Below, piece by piece: positions 17,212-26,097 of a stretch of 32,000 bases of DNA. Every line of letters starts with the position of its first letter. Within the stretch, counting starts at the first letter, position 1. Under the pieces are notes generated by a model, which was not told the DNA's origin, searched no databases, and saw only the letters and a program-made list of their open reading frames with translations. The translations under genes and the position numbers were made by a program. This stretch comes from Candidatus Heimdallarchaeota archaeon (GTDB lineage: Archaea > Asgardarchaeota > Heimdallarchaeia > JABLTI01). The stretch is from NCBI GenBank assembly GCA_030614005.1, contig JAUWKS010000027.1:1-32000 (forward strand), written 5' to 3'.

Positions 17212-18240
17212 TTGGTGGAGTGTAAAGAATTGGCGCAAAAAGTTTCCGTAACAACAAACTTAACCCCAAATATATTGATGCATGTTTTTTCTTGTCTAGA
17301 AGTTGAAGGGTCATTTTATGATTCTGATTATGGAATGAAACATCATTTTACTTTATTAGATGAAGATTACGAAGAATGGAAAACACATGCGAAGAAATGT
17401 ATGACTTTAGGATGCAATAAGGAACTTTATGCAGTTCTTTTTCAAATTCCAAGTTTCATTCCAACAGAAGATATTGATATGATAATTGATTCATATGATA
17501 AAATCTCTGAAGCAGTAGCAGAAGGGACAATTGATGTTTTAATAGCAAGTTACCCTGAATTATTTGATACTTTACCAATATATGCTCCAAAGAAAGTTTT
17601 TGATGATAATTTCAAAAAACTAAATACTCATAATGAAATAATCCAAAATATAATAACTATTTTTAAGAAAATTCTAAGAGGGCTCTGGGAAAGGTTCTAT
17701 TCTGAATACTGGGAAAAAGAAGGGAAGATTAAACTAGAAAAAAGAGCTAAGCATTTGAATACTATAATTAGTCCAATAAATCTTATAAGTGCTTGGCACA
17801 AGGTTTTGAAATTAGAATTTCCATATTCTGAATTCTCTGCTATTCTTGTAGAAGCTACAAATACTATTGCCACGAACCTTTTAGCAGAACAAGTGATGAT
17901 TTCTTTGAAAACCGAAGATAAAGATGTTTATCAAATATTAGCTCACGAGGTTGGAAGAAGTTTCTTACTCAATACTTTGCTCTTTGAAAACGAACAAATA
18001 AAAACAATAGCTGATTCCAATATAGATCGTCTTTCTATTGTCATTGATGCAGCTTGTATATACATTAAAGGAAACTTATTTCATACCTTACGAATTCGAT
18101 CAGACGAGCTTGATCCCTATATTGTTCCTGGAATTAAAGAAGTGATGGACATCTTTGGTGTAATTTGGGACGCAATGGATGAGAAGAATATTTTTGACGC
18201 AATTACACAAACGTATAACAAATTGTCACCGATTACTTAA
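17212..18240 (+). CDS. Hypothetical protein with a degenerate zincin-like motif (TTG start)
   Basis: 342-aa ORF, mostly helical; contains ILAHEVGR, an HExxH-like motif with the second His replaced by Arg. Confidence 0.7.
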   Translation: MVECKELAQKVSVTTNLTPNILMHVFSCLEVEGSFYDSDYGMKHHFTLLDEDYEEWKTHAKKCMTLGCNKELYAVLFQIPSFIPTEDIDMIIDSYDKISEAVAEGTIDVLIASYPELFDTLPIYAPKKVFDDNFKKLNTHNEIIQNIITIFKKILRGLWERFYSEYWEKEGKIKLEKRAKHLNTIISPINLISAWHKVLKLEFPYSEFSAILVEATNTIATNLLAEQVMISLKTEDKDVYQILAHEVGRSFLLNTLLFENEQIKTIADSNIDRLSIVIDAACIYIKGNLFHTLRIRSDELDPYIVPGIKEVMDIFGVIWDAMDEKNIFDAITQTYNKLSPIT

Positions 18241-18320
18241 TCATCATCCCTTTTTTGCGATTTCTATCTCTAAATAGAAAATATACAGTAACAGTTATTT
18301 TTCACTAAGGCATTTTTTAT

Positions 18321-19505
18321 TTGGTAATAAAAATGGATGTCACGGAAATCGTAGATAAGATTGATTCTGAACTCATAATACGACTAACAAAAAAATTAGT
18401 CTCAATGGATAGTCAAAATCCTCCCGGAAAATGTAATCACCTTGCTAAATACCTTGAGGAAGAATGTAAGAAGCTTGGTTTCGAAACTAAAATCTATCCG
18501 CTTGATGATAACCGTCACAATATTATTGTTTCTTTTGGAGATGGTGAAAGAGATATTGTGCTAAGTGGACATCTTGATACCGTTCCTGTTGGTGATCTAT
18601 CCAATTGGAAATATCCGCCACTAGAAGCGACAGAAGAAAATGGGCGATTGTATGGGCGCGGAACTGTAGATATGCTTGGAGGGGTTGCAACACTGATTGG
18701 AGTTATGGAACTTCTTCATAGGATGAACATTAAATTTAATCACAAAATTGTTTTTGCTGGAACAGCAGATGAGGAAGTAGGAATGCACGGCGCATTTCAT
18801 TTACAAGAAAAGGGCATAATGGCTGACGCTGATTGCTTGATAATTACTGAAGCAACTGCTCTTAGAATAGGTATAGCTGAGAAAGGACCATATTGGATGA
18901 GGTTACACGTTAAGGGAAAATCTGCCCATGGAAGTATGCCTGAAGTTGGAATTAATGCAATTGAGGGAGCATGTGTAGGTATTAATCACCTGAAAGAAAT
19001 AATACCTGAAACAGAACATGAGCTTCTAGGAAGAACAACAGTAAATATTGGTATCATTAAGGGTGGAGAAAAAATCAATATAGTACCTGATGAGTGTTAT
19101 GTTGATTGTGATTTTCGGCTTATTCCGGGTGTTAATCATAAAGAATTTGATTTAAAAGTAAAAAAATTAATGACTCATCTCTCTGAAGAGTATCCTTGTA
19201 AATATTCTCATGAAATTCTTCATACAATCCCCGCTCTTAATACAAAATCAGATATTCCAATAATTCAAAACCTATTGAAGTGGTCCAACAAAATTGCTAA
19301 TCATCCGCTAGAACCAATTGGATTAGCCTATGCGACTGATGCTGCTGCATTAATTCCCCCAAGGGACATTCCTTTCGCAATAATTGGTGGCGGCTCTCCT
19401 TCAATGCTCCATCAAGATAATGAATATGTGGAAATAGCTGAATTAATTGATGCTGCTAAAATAATTGCCGGAGCAATTATTGATACTTTTGGGAAAGAGA
19501 AATAG
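18321..19505 (+). CDS. M20-family metallohydrolase (ArgE/DapE-like); likely start ATG 18333
   Basis: SGHLDTVP, GRGTVDMLGG, ADEEVG, GKSAHGS, TDA and HQDNE motifs. Confidence 0.93.
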   Translation: MVIKMDVTEIVDKIDSELIIRLTKKLVSMDSQNPPGKCNHLAKYLEEECKKLGFETKIYPLDDNRHNIIVSFGDGERDIVLSGHLDTVPVGDLSNWKYPPLEATEENGRLYGRGTVDMLGGVATLIGVMELLHRMNIKFNHKIVFAGTADEEVGMHGAFHLQEKGIMADADCLIITEATALRIGIAEKGPYWMRLHVKGKSAHGSMPEVGINAIEGACVGINHLKEIIPETEHELLGRTTVNIGIIKGGEKINIVPDECYVDCDFRLIPGVNHKEFDLKVKKLMTHLSEEYPCKYSHEILHTIPALNTKSDIPIIQNLLKWSNKIANHPLEPIGLAYATDAAALIPPRDIPFAIIGGGSPSMLHQDNEYVEIAELIDAAKIIAGAIIDTFGKEK

Positions 19506-19605
19506 CTCTTTCTTTCATTAATAATTACTTGTTTCTTTTAAGAAAGTTTTTTATTATATGTCGGGATTCAGCAAATAGAGAAAATAAACCTTAAGATGAT
19601 AGTTA

Positions 19606-20052
19606 TTGGATTTGGTGAAAAAACAGATGTTAGAAATTAATAAAACAGAAGATTGGGCATTTTTCTTCTTCTTTGTTGGTGGTAATATGATGATCTTTAA
19701 TGCAATAATAGGTTTCATTATTGCATTTGTTGAAGGATCAACGATGTACTTCTTAGATGGTTTTGGACTCTTTGTATTTATATCTACAACAGGCTCAAAT
19801 TGGAATCTAATATTGGGCGGTATAATTACTATACTCATTGGTATAGTTGCTGTTTTAGTTGGATTGAAGTTATTCTTGGTACCTTTCAGAGCATTTATGA
19901 CTAAAATCGATTTAGCAATAATGGGTTTGGTTTTACTGCTACTTGGAGCTGGGTCATTTACAACTGGTGGTTTATTGCTTTTTATTGGTGGAGTTTATTG
20001 TTTCATTTACAGATTAACTGTGGAAGGAGCAAACAATCCCAAAGCAGCATAA
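19606..20052 (+). CDS. Small hypothetical membrane protein (about 4 TM)
   Basis: 148-aa ORF dominated by Gly-rich hydrophobic segments. Confidence 0.7.
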   Translation: MDLVKKQMLEINKTEDWAFFFFFVGGNMMIFNAIIGFIIAFVEGSTMYFLDGFGLFVFISTTGSNWNLILGGIITILIGIVAVLVGLKLFLVPFRAFMTKIDLAIMGLVLLLLGAGSFTTGGLLLFIGGVYCFIYRLTVEGANNPKAA

Positions 20053-20085
20053 GTGGTTTACACCACATTAAAATCTCTTTTTTTC
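20053..20085 (+). terminator. Hairpin plus T tract directly after the stop codon
   Basis: GTGGT-TTAC-ACCAC followed by T-rich sequence. Confidence 0.35.
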
Positions 20086-20190
20086 ATTTTAACTTCCACT
20101 TTAATCAAAAACTAGTCTCTACGAACTAAAAATCTTTTAAGGATTAAACTTTAAGAATTGTATACTTACAGATAAATGAGCTAAAGAGCT

Positions 20191-22458
20191 ATGGATAAGG
20201 AAAACTATTCTGAAGAAGAAAAGGTACCTCCTACAATAAATGATTTTGATGATTCATTAGAAAACCATAGTTTAAAAATAGATTTTCCAAATGGTGGATC
20301 ACCACTAGAAAAAGCTCAACACATTGTGACAAAGATAGCAGAAAATTGTTCATTTGGAAACTTTAAAATTAATTTCCATTATTTGAAGAAACTAGAGGAG
20401 CTAGTGAAATCTAATTCAGAAAACAACGAAATCTTTTACTGTTTAATTGAAGGCATAACAGTTGCATTGCAGTCACAAGAAGAAGATGGAAAAGAGGAAA
20501 ACCTTAAACCCTTAATGGATGAAATCATTATACTTGTTCAGAATAATATTACAAAGGATGATTATTTAGCTGCTTTGAGTGATGTGTTTCTTCTTGGAGA
20601 AGAGATATTTCTAAGTAATGATCTACTTGAAGACTTAGAAAAATACACTCATTTTATTGTTAATTTCTCTCTTGAGCATTCAAATAATATTCTTTTAAGG
20701 ACCTCTGCTGCAGATGCAGTAATTATAACTCTCTCTGGTTTTGGAAATGACTGGAATTATGAAAAAACTAAGCAGTATGGGAAATTATTGAGAGGATTAC
20801 TTCCTCCATCAGAAACAAAAGGAATTTTTGCAGCAATATTAATCAAAGGACTGGCTGAAGAAATTAGTTGTTATGGGGATATGCATGAATTTGGAGCATT
20901 AGAACGTTCACTCGAGTTAATGAAAGAAGTTTATACATTAAATTCTGATTATAAAATTGAAATCATTGAAGACTATTCAGATGGTTTGATAAATGCTGTC
21001 CGGTGGTATGGGGAAGAAGAAAATTACAGTAAAATGATGGAGCTGCTCAAAGAAGTAGCTCAACTTACAGAAGAAAATAGCTTTTTATTACCAATTAAAA
21101 TCGCATATGCAAATGGTTTGAGAATTGCACTTGATCTTTCAGGTGTAGTGGATGATCTTGAAACAGCTACAAAATTAGCCAAAGATTTGTTTAATCTTTC
21201 CGAAGTATACCCCGATATCAAGGAATTGCAAACTATAGCATTGATCGGTTTATTTAAAGCTGCTTCGTGGGCGGGTGCATATTGGGAAACCGGATTGGTT
21301 ATTTCTCTACTTTCAAATGTAATTAAAATCTACAAACGATTTCCAGATGATAATAGCTTTAAGATACTGCTAGGTAGAGGTTTATTCAATTTAACAAAAG
21401 CATTAACAGAGATAGGCAAAAAGAAAGTTATGGAAAAAATCCTTGAAGAAATTGGAAAATTAAATCAAGACAATCCTAATTTAATTGAAGTGGCTCAATA
21501 TTATTCTAAGTCAATTGTTAATGCGATATTTCTTTTTGGTGAAGTTAGTGAATCTAAAGAGGAGATTTTCTCTTATTTATCTCATTCCGAATCATTAGTA
21601 AAAAAATTCCCAAAGGATGAAGAGATAATACTGAATTACTCAAAAGCTCTTGTTAATGTCGTTCGGATTTTAGGAAAATTTGGACAGATAGATGAAATGG
21701 AGCAGATGTTAGATACGCTAAGAGATTTTTGTATGTTAACTGATAGTCGAGAGGTATTAATTCGCTTAGCAAAAGCATACATTGATGCTATTACGGCGTA
21801 TGGAGAAATGGTTGAACTCGAAAAAATTATCCCCCTCTACAATGAATTGATAAATTGGGCAGAAGAGGATACTGATGATATTGATTTTCAAATTTTGTTA
21901 GCAAAAGCGATTGTGAATGTTGTAAGCAGCTTCGGAAAAAATAATAGATATGTTGAGATGGAAGTGTATCTCGATGATTTACGAGAATTGGTTGATGAAT
22001 TTCCTGGTCTTTCAGATATAAATATCCAATTAGCGAAAGGATTGTCATTAGCAATTCGTTGGTTTATCCAAGCTAATGATTCTGAAAAAGCATTTGTGTT
22101 GTTGAATGAGATTGATAGATTGCAATTAGAATTCGCAGATGAATTCATTATGCAAGAATTATATGCTCGAGCTTCTAGACGATTATTGGTTCATTCTTCA
22201 CAAGAGGGAAAGAATGCAAGAGCTGATTTAATGCTTGAAAATCTTAGAATTTTATTGAAGGATAACCCAACAGCTGAAAACCTGCAATTAGAATTTGCAA
22301 GAGGTTTATCCTTTACAATAATCAAGAAATCCAATGATATTGAAGATTCTACATGGCATTCCCTAGTAATGGAGATACAAGGGTTACGAATACAATTTCC
22401 ATATAATGAGAAATTAGAAGAAATCCACGATGCTGTAAAACCACTCTTCAAAGACTGA
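20191..22458 (+). CDS. Alpha-solenoid repeat protein (about 15-16 repeats of about 44 aa, TPR/HEAT-like)
   Basis: Recurrent [LY]-[AS]-K-[AG]-[LI]-V-N...[FY]-G unit spaced 43-45 aa apart in the C-terminal half; no TM segments. Confidence 0.85.
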   Translation: MDKENYSEEEKVPPTINDFDDSLENHSLKIDFPNGGSPLEKAQHIVTKIAENCSFGNFKINFHYLKKLEELVKSNSENNEIFYCLIEGITVALQSQEEDGKEENLKPLMDEIIILVQNNITKDDYLAALSDVFLLGEEIFLSNDLLEDLEKYTHFIVNFSLEHSNNILLRTSAADAVIITLSGFGNDWNYEKTKQYGKLLRGLLPPSETKGIFAAILIKGLAEEISCYGDMHEFGALERSLELMKEVYTLNSDYKIEIIEDYSDGLINAVRWYGEEENYSKMMELLKEVAQLTEENSFLLPIKIAYANGLRIALDLSGVVDDLETATKLAKDLFNLSEVYPDIKELQTIALIGLFKAASWAGAYWETGLVISLLSNVIKIYKRFPDDNSFKILLGRGLFNLTKALTEIGKKKVMEKILEEIGKLNQDNPNLIEVAQYYSKSIVNAIFLFGEVSESKEEIFSYLSHSESLVKKFPKDEEIILNYSKALVNVVRILGKFGQIDEMEQMLDTLRDFCMLTDSREVLIRLAKAYIDAITAYGEMVELEKIIPLYNELINWAEEDTDDIDFQILLAKAIVNVVSSFGKNNRYVEMEVYLDDLRELVDEFPGLSDINIQLAKGLSLAIRWFIQANDSEKAFVLLNEIDRLQLEFADEFIMQELYARASRRLLVHSSQEGKNARADLMLENLRILLKDNPTAENLQLEFARGLSFTIIKKSNDIEDSTWHSLVMEIQGLRIQFPYNEKLEEIHDAVKPLFKD

Positions 22459-22463
22459 TTGTT

Positions 22464-22670
22464 TTATTCTAAAGGTGGAAAGATATCATCTGTTGGTCCT
22501 CTATTTCTTTGACCTGGAGGTTTAGGCATTCTATTGCGTGGGTCTGGTGGTAAATTACGATAACAGTTTTTACATACAAGTTTTGGTCCATTTGGGAAAT
22601 GATAAATTCTTAATTCTTCTCGTTTTGCAACTTTATGGCAAATACTGCAATGATCAAATGACTGAAGCAC
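22464..22670 (-). CDS. Small CxxC...CxxC zinc-finger protein with a Pro/Arg-rich tail (GTG start)
   Basis: CSICH and VCKNCY motifs; lies in the gap between two plus-strand genes. Confidence 0.6.
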   Translation of the reverse strand: MLQSFDHCSICHKVAKREELRIYHFPNGPKLVCKNCYRNLPPDPRNRMPKPPGQRNRGPTDDIFPPLE

Positions 22671-22822
22671 TTTTTCTTCAACTCTTTGTTGATTAGATAT
22701 ACCAAGCTTACAATAATATTACATTATTATCAAATAAAAAAATTTCTATAAATAGAAAGCTTTTTCAAAAGCAATGATTTGTTCAGCAATAATCAAATTT
22801 CCATACAAATTGATTAAATATC

Positions 22823-24088
22823 TTGGTGAAAAAAATGGTTAACTGGACAAAAATTAGAGACGATTTCCCTACACTCAAAAGGAAAATAGATGGAAAATCA
22901 ATTGTTTATTTTGATAGTGCGTGTAATAGCTTAAAACCACAACAAGTTATTGATTCGCTCTGTTATTATTACACAAATCTTGGGGCATGTGGTGGACGAT
23001 CAATACATTCACTTGCACGTGAAACTACCGAGTTAAGAGATGATGCTCGAGAAAAAATTGCCAAACATATAAACTCTAAAAATACAAACGAAATTATTTG
23101 GGTTAGAAATACAACAGAAGCAATTAATCTCGTTGCAAATGCTTTGCATTTTGAAAAAGGTCAAGAAATTGTCACTACAAATCTTGAGCATCATAGTGGA
23201 GTACTTCCTTTTCACAAAGTTATGAAACGAAAAGGTCTTAAATTGAAGATTGTAGAAGCAGACAAATATGGTTTGTTTGATATTGAAGATTTTGAGAAAA
23301 CAATCAATAAAAACACTCGATTAATTTCTATTGTTCATACATCAAATACCACTGGTACAACTGCACCGCTAGAAGAAATCATTAAAATTGCCCATGATTA
23401 TGGGGCGTTAGTGTTGTCAGATGATGCACAGTATTTCCCACATAAAAAAACTGATGTTCAAAAATCCGACGTTGATTTTTGTGCTGTAAGCATGCATAAA
23501 GCCTTAGGACCATCTGGTATGGGTTTCCTGTACGGCAAGGAGCATTTATTGAAGGATATGGACTCTTTCCTGGTAGGTGGAGACACAATAGAAGATGTCA
23601 AATATATCGATGGGGAAGTAGTACCTACTTATTTAGAACCACCTCATAAGTTTGAAGCTGGTTTACAAAATTATGCCGGGGAAATAGGTTCAGGAGCAGC
23701 AGTTGATTATCTTGATTCAATTGGTATGGAAAACATCGAAGCAAGAGAACACATTTTAACAGAAAAATTACAAAAAGCATTAGAAAGTATCCCGAGCATA
23801 ACAACTATTGGACCTAAAGATCCAAGTCTTAGAAGTGGGATTGTAGCGTTCCAAATGAAAAATATGGACACTACAGGTGACATAGCCAATTATTTGGATT
23901 CAGATGTAGAAGGAAATAAAATAATGATCAGAGCAGGAGCTCATTGTACAAATCCATTCCATTATCATATTGGAATATCACCAAGCACTGGAACTGCACG
24001 AGCATCAATTTATGTTTATAATAATGAGGAGGACATAAAACTTCTCAAAGATGCTCTAGAGGATCTTGATAAAATAGTAAATGCTTAG
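22823..24088 (+). CDS. sufS: SufS/Csd-type (group II) cysteine desulfurase, class V PLP aminotransferase; likely start ATG 22835
   Basis: IRDDFP, YFDSA, NTTEAIN, EHHS, PLP-lysine motif SMHKALGPSG, FEAG, catalytic Cys in RAGAHC. Confidence 0.88.
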   Translation: MVKKMVNWTKIRDDFPTLKRKIDGKSIVYFDSACNSLKPQQVIDSLCYYYTNLGACGGRSIHSLARETTELRDDAREKIAKHINSKNTNEIIWVRNTTEAINLVANALHFEKGQEIVTTNLEHHSGVLPFHKVMKRKGLKLKIVEADKYGLFDIEDFEKTINKNTRLISIVHTSNTTGTTAPLEEIIKIAHDYGALVLSDDAQYFPHKKTDVQKSDVDFCAVSMHKALGPSGMGFLYGKEHLLKDMDSFLVGGDTIEDVKYIDGEVVPTYLEPPHKFEAGLQNYAGEIGSGAAVDYLDSIGMENIEAREHILTEKLQKALESIPSITTIGPKDPSLRSGIVAFQMKNMDTTGDIANYLDSDVEGNKIMIRAGAHCTNPFHYHIGISPSTGTARASIYVYNNEEDIKLLKDALEDLDKIVNA

Positions 24089-24110
24089 AAATGAATTTAA
24101 TTACCCTACT

Positions 24111-25691
24111 CTATCCATTCCATAGATTAAAGGGTAAATTATCTTTTTCTTTATCTCCACTTGAGAATCCTCTTTTTTCGCTTTTTACTGCATTCTCAAA
24201 AGAACCATATCGTTGTATAATCTGATCTTCAAGTGGTTTTGCGATATCTACTGCTGCTTTAACATGTTTTGAGGTAATTCTATCATCTCCATTAGTTATT
24301 GCAAGATCACCTGCTACTTTAATTAAACCTGCAAGTTCTCTAAGTCGTAACGTCAGAGATGCTTCTTCTTTATCAGCATTTTCAGCAATATATCTAGCAT
24401 ATTTAATTATATCATTGATGCCTCTACGATCCATTGCGGGAATTTTGTTATCTCTTAGAATTTCTTGAGCAATGAATTGCATTAATTTCATTCTATTTAC
24501 TTCGTTATCTGGCATTGCAGTTTTCAAGAGGATTTCATAACCATCACCTTGAATCCTAGAGCGCATAGGTGGTAATATTTTCGGAAGATCTGCAAGATTA
24601 CAAGCAGCAACAAGAACGAAATCACAAGGAACATTATCTACTCTTACTGATGCACCGGAGCTTTGAGGATTTCTACCAATGATTGGGGATTTCCGTTCTT
24701 GCATAGCTGTTAGTAATGATCTTTGTAAAGAACCAAGTTGGGAAATTTCATCTACAAATAAAACTCCTTGATGAGCTTCGTGTATACTTCCTGCAACTAC
24801 TCGTTTGTATGGTGGAGTGCCCAATTTATGATGCCCACCATATGGATCATGTAAGCAATCGCCAAGCAATTCAGTTGCACTTGCACCAGTTGCTTGAACA
24901 AAAAGAGATCTCCTAATAGGAACTAGAACTTTCATTGGTTTAGTTCCTTTTTTAGCTTGAGAAAGTTCAATAGCTTCTTGGTCAAATACTCTAATATTGT
25001 TCCCTGCTTCTTCAAATAAAAGGATCTCTTCTCTGCCATCAGGAAGATAAATTGCTTTTGATACTTTAGACCCATCTGTTGTTTTTGTCGTGAAGGGTGA
25101 AAGTGAAAGCAAATCGCCAAATCTAGAAGATGATTTCTTACGTTTTGATTTATTACAATGAGGACATAAGCGTGATTCTGGGATGGAAAAACCAGAACAA
25201 TGTTCACACCCATAACCTAATTTTACTGTAACATCAAATGGTGCTTTAGAGGGATGAATTAGTTTTCCAAATTCACTATTTGTTGTTGTTTGCTGTTTTC
25301 TAAGACGAAGTTCGTGTAATTGTTTAATTTCAAAAAATGGTCTTTCGGGGTTTTCTGGATTATGCACAATCCAAATTTCTTCTGATGGTTGTCCTAAGTG
25401 AAAAGATAATGCTTGTGCTATCATTGACTTTCCAATCCCTGGGGGGCCAATAAGTAACAAATTTCTTCTTTGTTGAGCAGCCATACGAGCTATTTTAATT
25501 GCAAAATCTTGACCGATTATCCTTTTCAGTGGGTCTTTTGGAATAGGAATATCAAAAGTATCTTCAATATCTCGTAATCTTACTATTTGTGACTCATCTC
25601 GAGATTGAGCTATCCTAGCATTCTCATTATGAGTATTTGTAGATGACCGTTCTGAATGAAAATCTTGACCTCGAGACATTAGTGTGCACAA
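24111..25691 (-). CDS. Archaeal LonB-type AAA+ ATPase lacking the C-terminal protease domain; likely start ATG 25679
   Basis: IIGQ...AAQQRRNLLLIGPPGIGKS (Walker A), ATGA...LLGD..HDP, GVLFVDEI (Walker B), LTLRLREL.GL; the ORF ends shortly after the AAA lid. Confidence 0.9.
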   Translation of the reverse strand: MCTLMSRGQDFHSERSSTNTHNENARIAQSRDESQIVRLRDIEDTFDIPIPKDPLKRIIGQDFAIKIARMAAQQRRNLLLIGPPGIGKSMIAQALSFHLGQPSEEIWIVHNPENPERPFFEIKQLHELRLRKQQTTTNSEFGKLIHPSKAPFDVTVKLGYGCEHCSGFSIPESRLCPHCNKSKRKKSSSRFGDLLSLSPFTTKTTDGSKVSKAIYLPDGREEILLFEEAGNNIRVFDQEAIELSQAKKGTKPMKVLVPIRRSLFVQATGASATELLGDCLHDPYGGHHKLGTPPYKRVVAGSIHEAHQGVLFVDEISQLGSLQRSLLTAMQERKSPIIGRNPQSSGASVRVDNVPCDFVLVAACNLADLPKILPPMRSRIQGDGYEILLKTAMPDNEVNRMKLMQFIAQEILRDNKIPAMDRRGINDIIKYARYIAENADKEEASLTLRLRELAGLIKVAGDLAITNGDDRITSKHVKAAVDIAKPLEDQIIQRYGSFENAVKSEKRGFSSGDKEKDNLPFNLWNG

Positions 25692-25772
25692 ATAGATATT
25701 AGATATTGTTTTTCTTAAAACAATAGATTATCCATATAATATGAAAAAAATTGAAATTAAAAAGAGAAATTT

Positions 25773-25807
25773 TTTAGTTGGTAGAAAGATATTCCCAACC
25801 AACTAAA
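25773..25807 (-). terminator. 10-bp stem-loop between dnaG and the Lon-like gene
   Basis: TTTAGTTGGT (25773-25782) pairs with ACCAACTAAA (25798-25807); T-rich sequence follows shortly on the minus strand. Confidence 0.45.
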
Positions 25808-25824
25808 TATATAGTTAGATTTTT

Positions 25825-26097
25825 CTAAGCAAAACTAAATATCTTAGTTTTATTCGGACTTTTCTCAAGTTCAGCTATTCGAGCTCCAATTAAAGTACCG
25901 ATATTTTTTTCTTCACAAACATCAATTAATCTTTGAGTTATAATACCATCAAAAACAACTGTAATAACACTTGATTTTGCTTTTTTAATTTCATCAAAGA
26001 TTGAAATGACTGGTACTTTTTTCACTCGCTTTTTCTTTTCATTGAGGAAAATACCTTCTTGTTTTTCCTTTCCATCGATTTCTTTAACGAAGGACAT
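25825..26097 (-). CDS. dnaG: C-terminal domain of archaeal DnaG in a separate reading frame
   Basis: VVFDGIITQRLID...NIGTLIG is the conserved C-terminal motif of archaeal DnaG; this frame is open upstream to 26154. Confidence 0.85.
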   Translation of the reverse strand: MSFVKEIDGKEKQEGIFLNEKKKRVKKVPVISIFDEIKKAKSSVITVVFDGIITQRLIDVCEEKNIGTLIGARIAELEKSPNKTKIFSFA

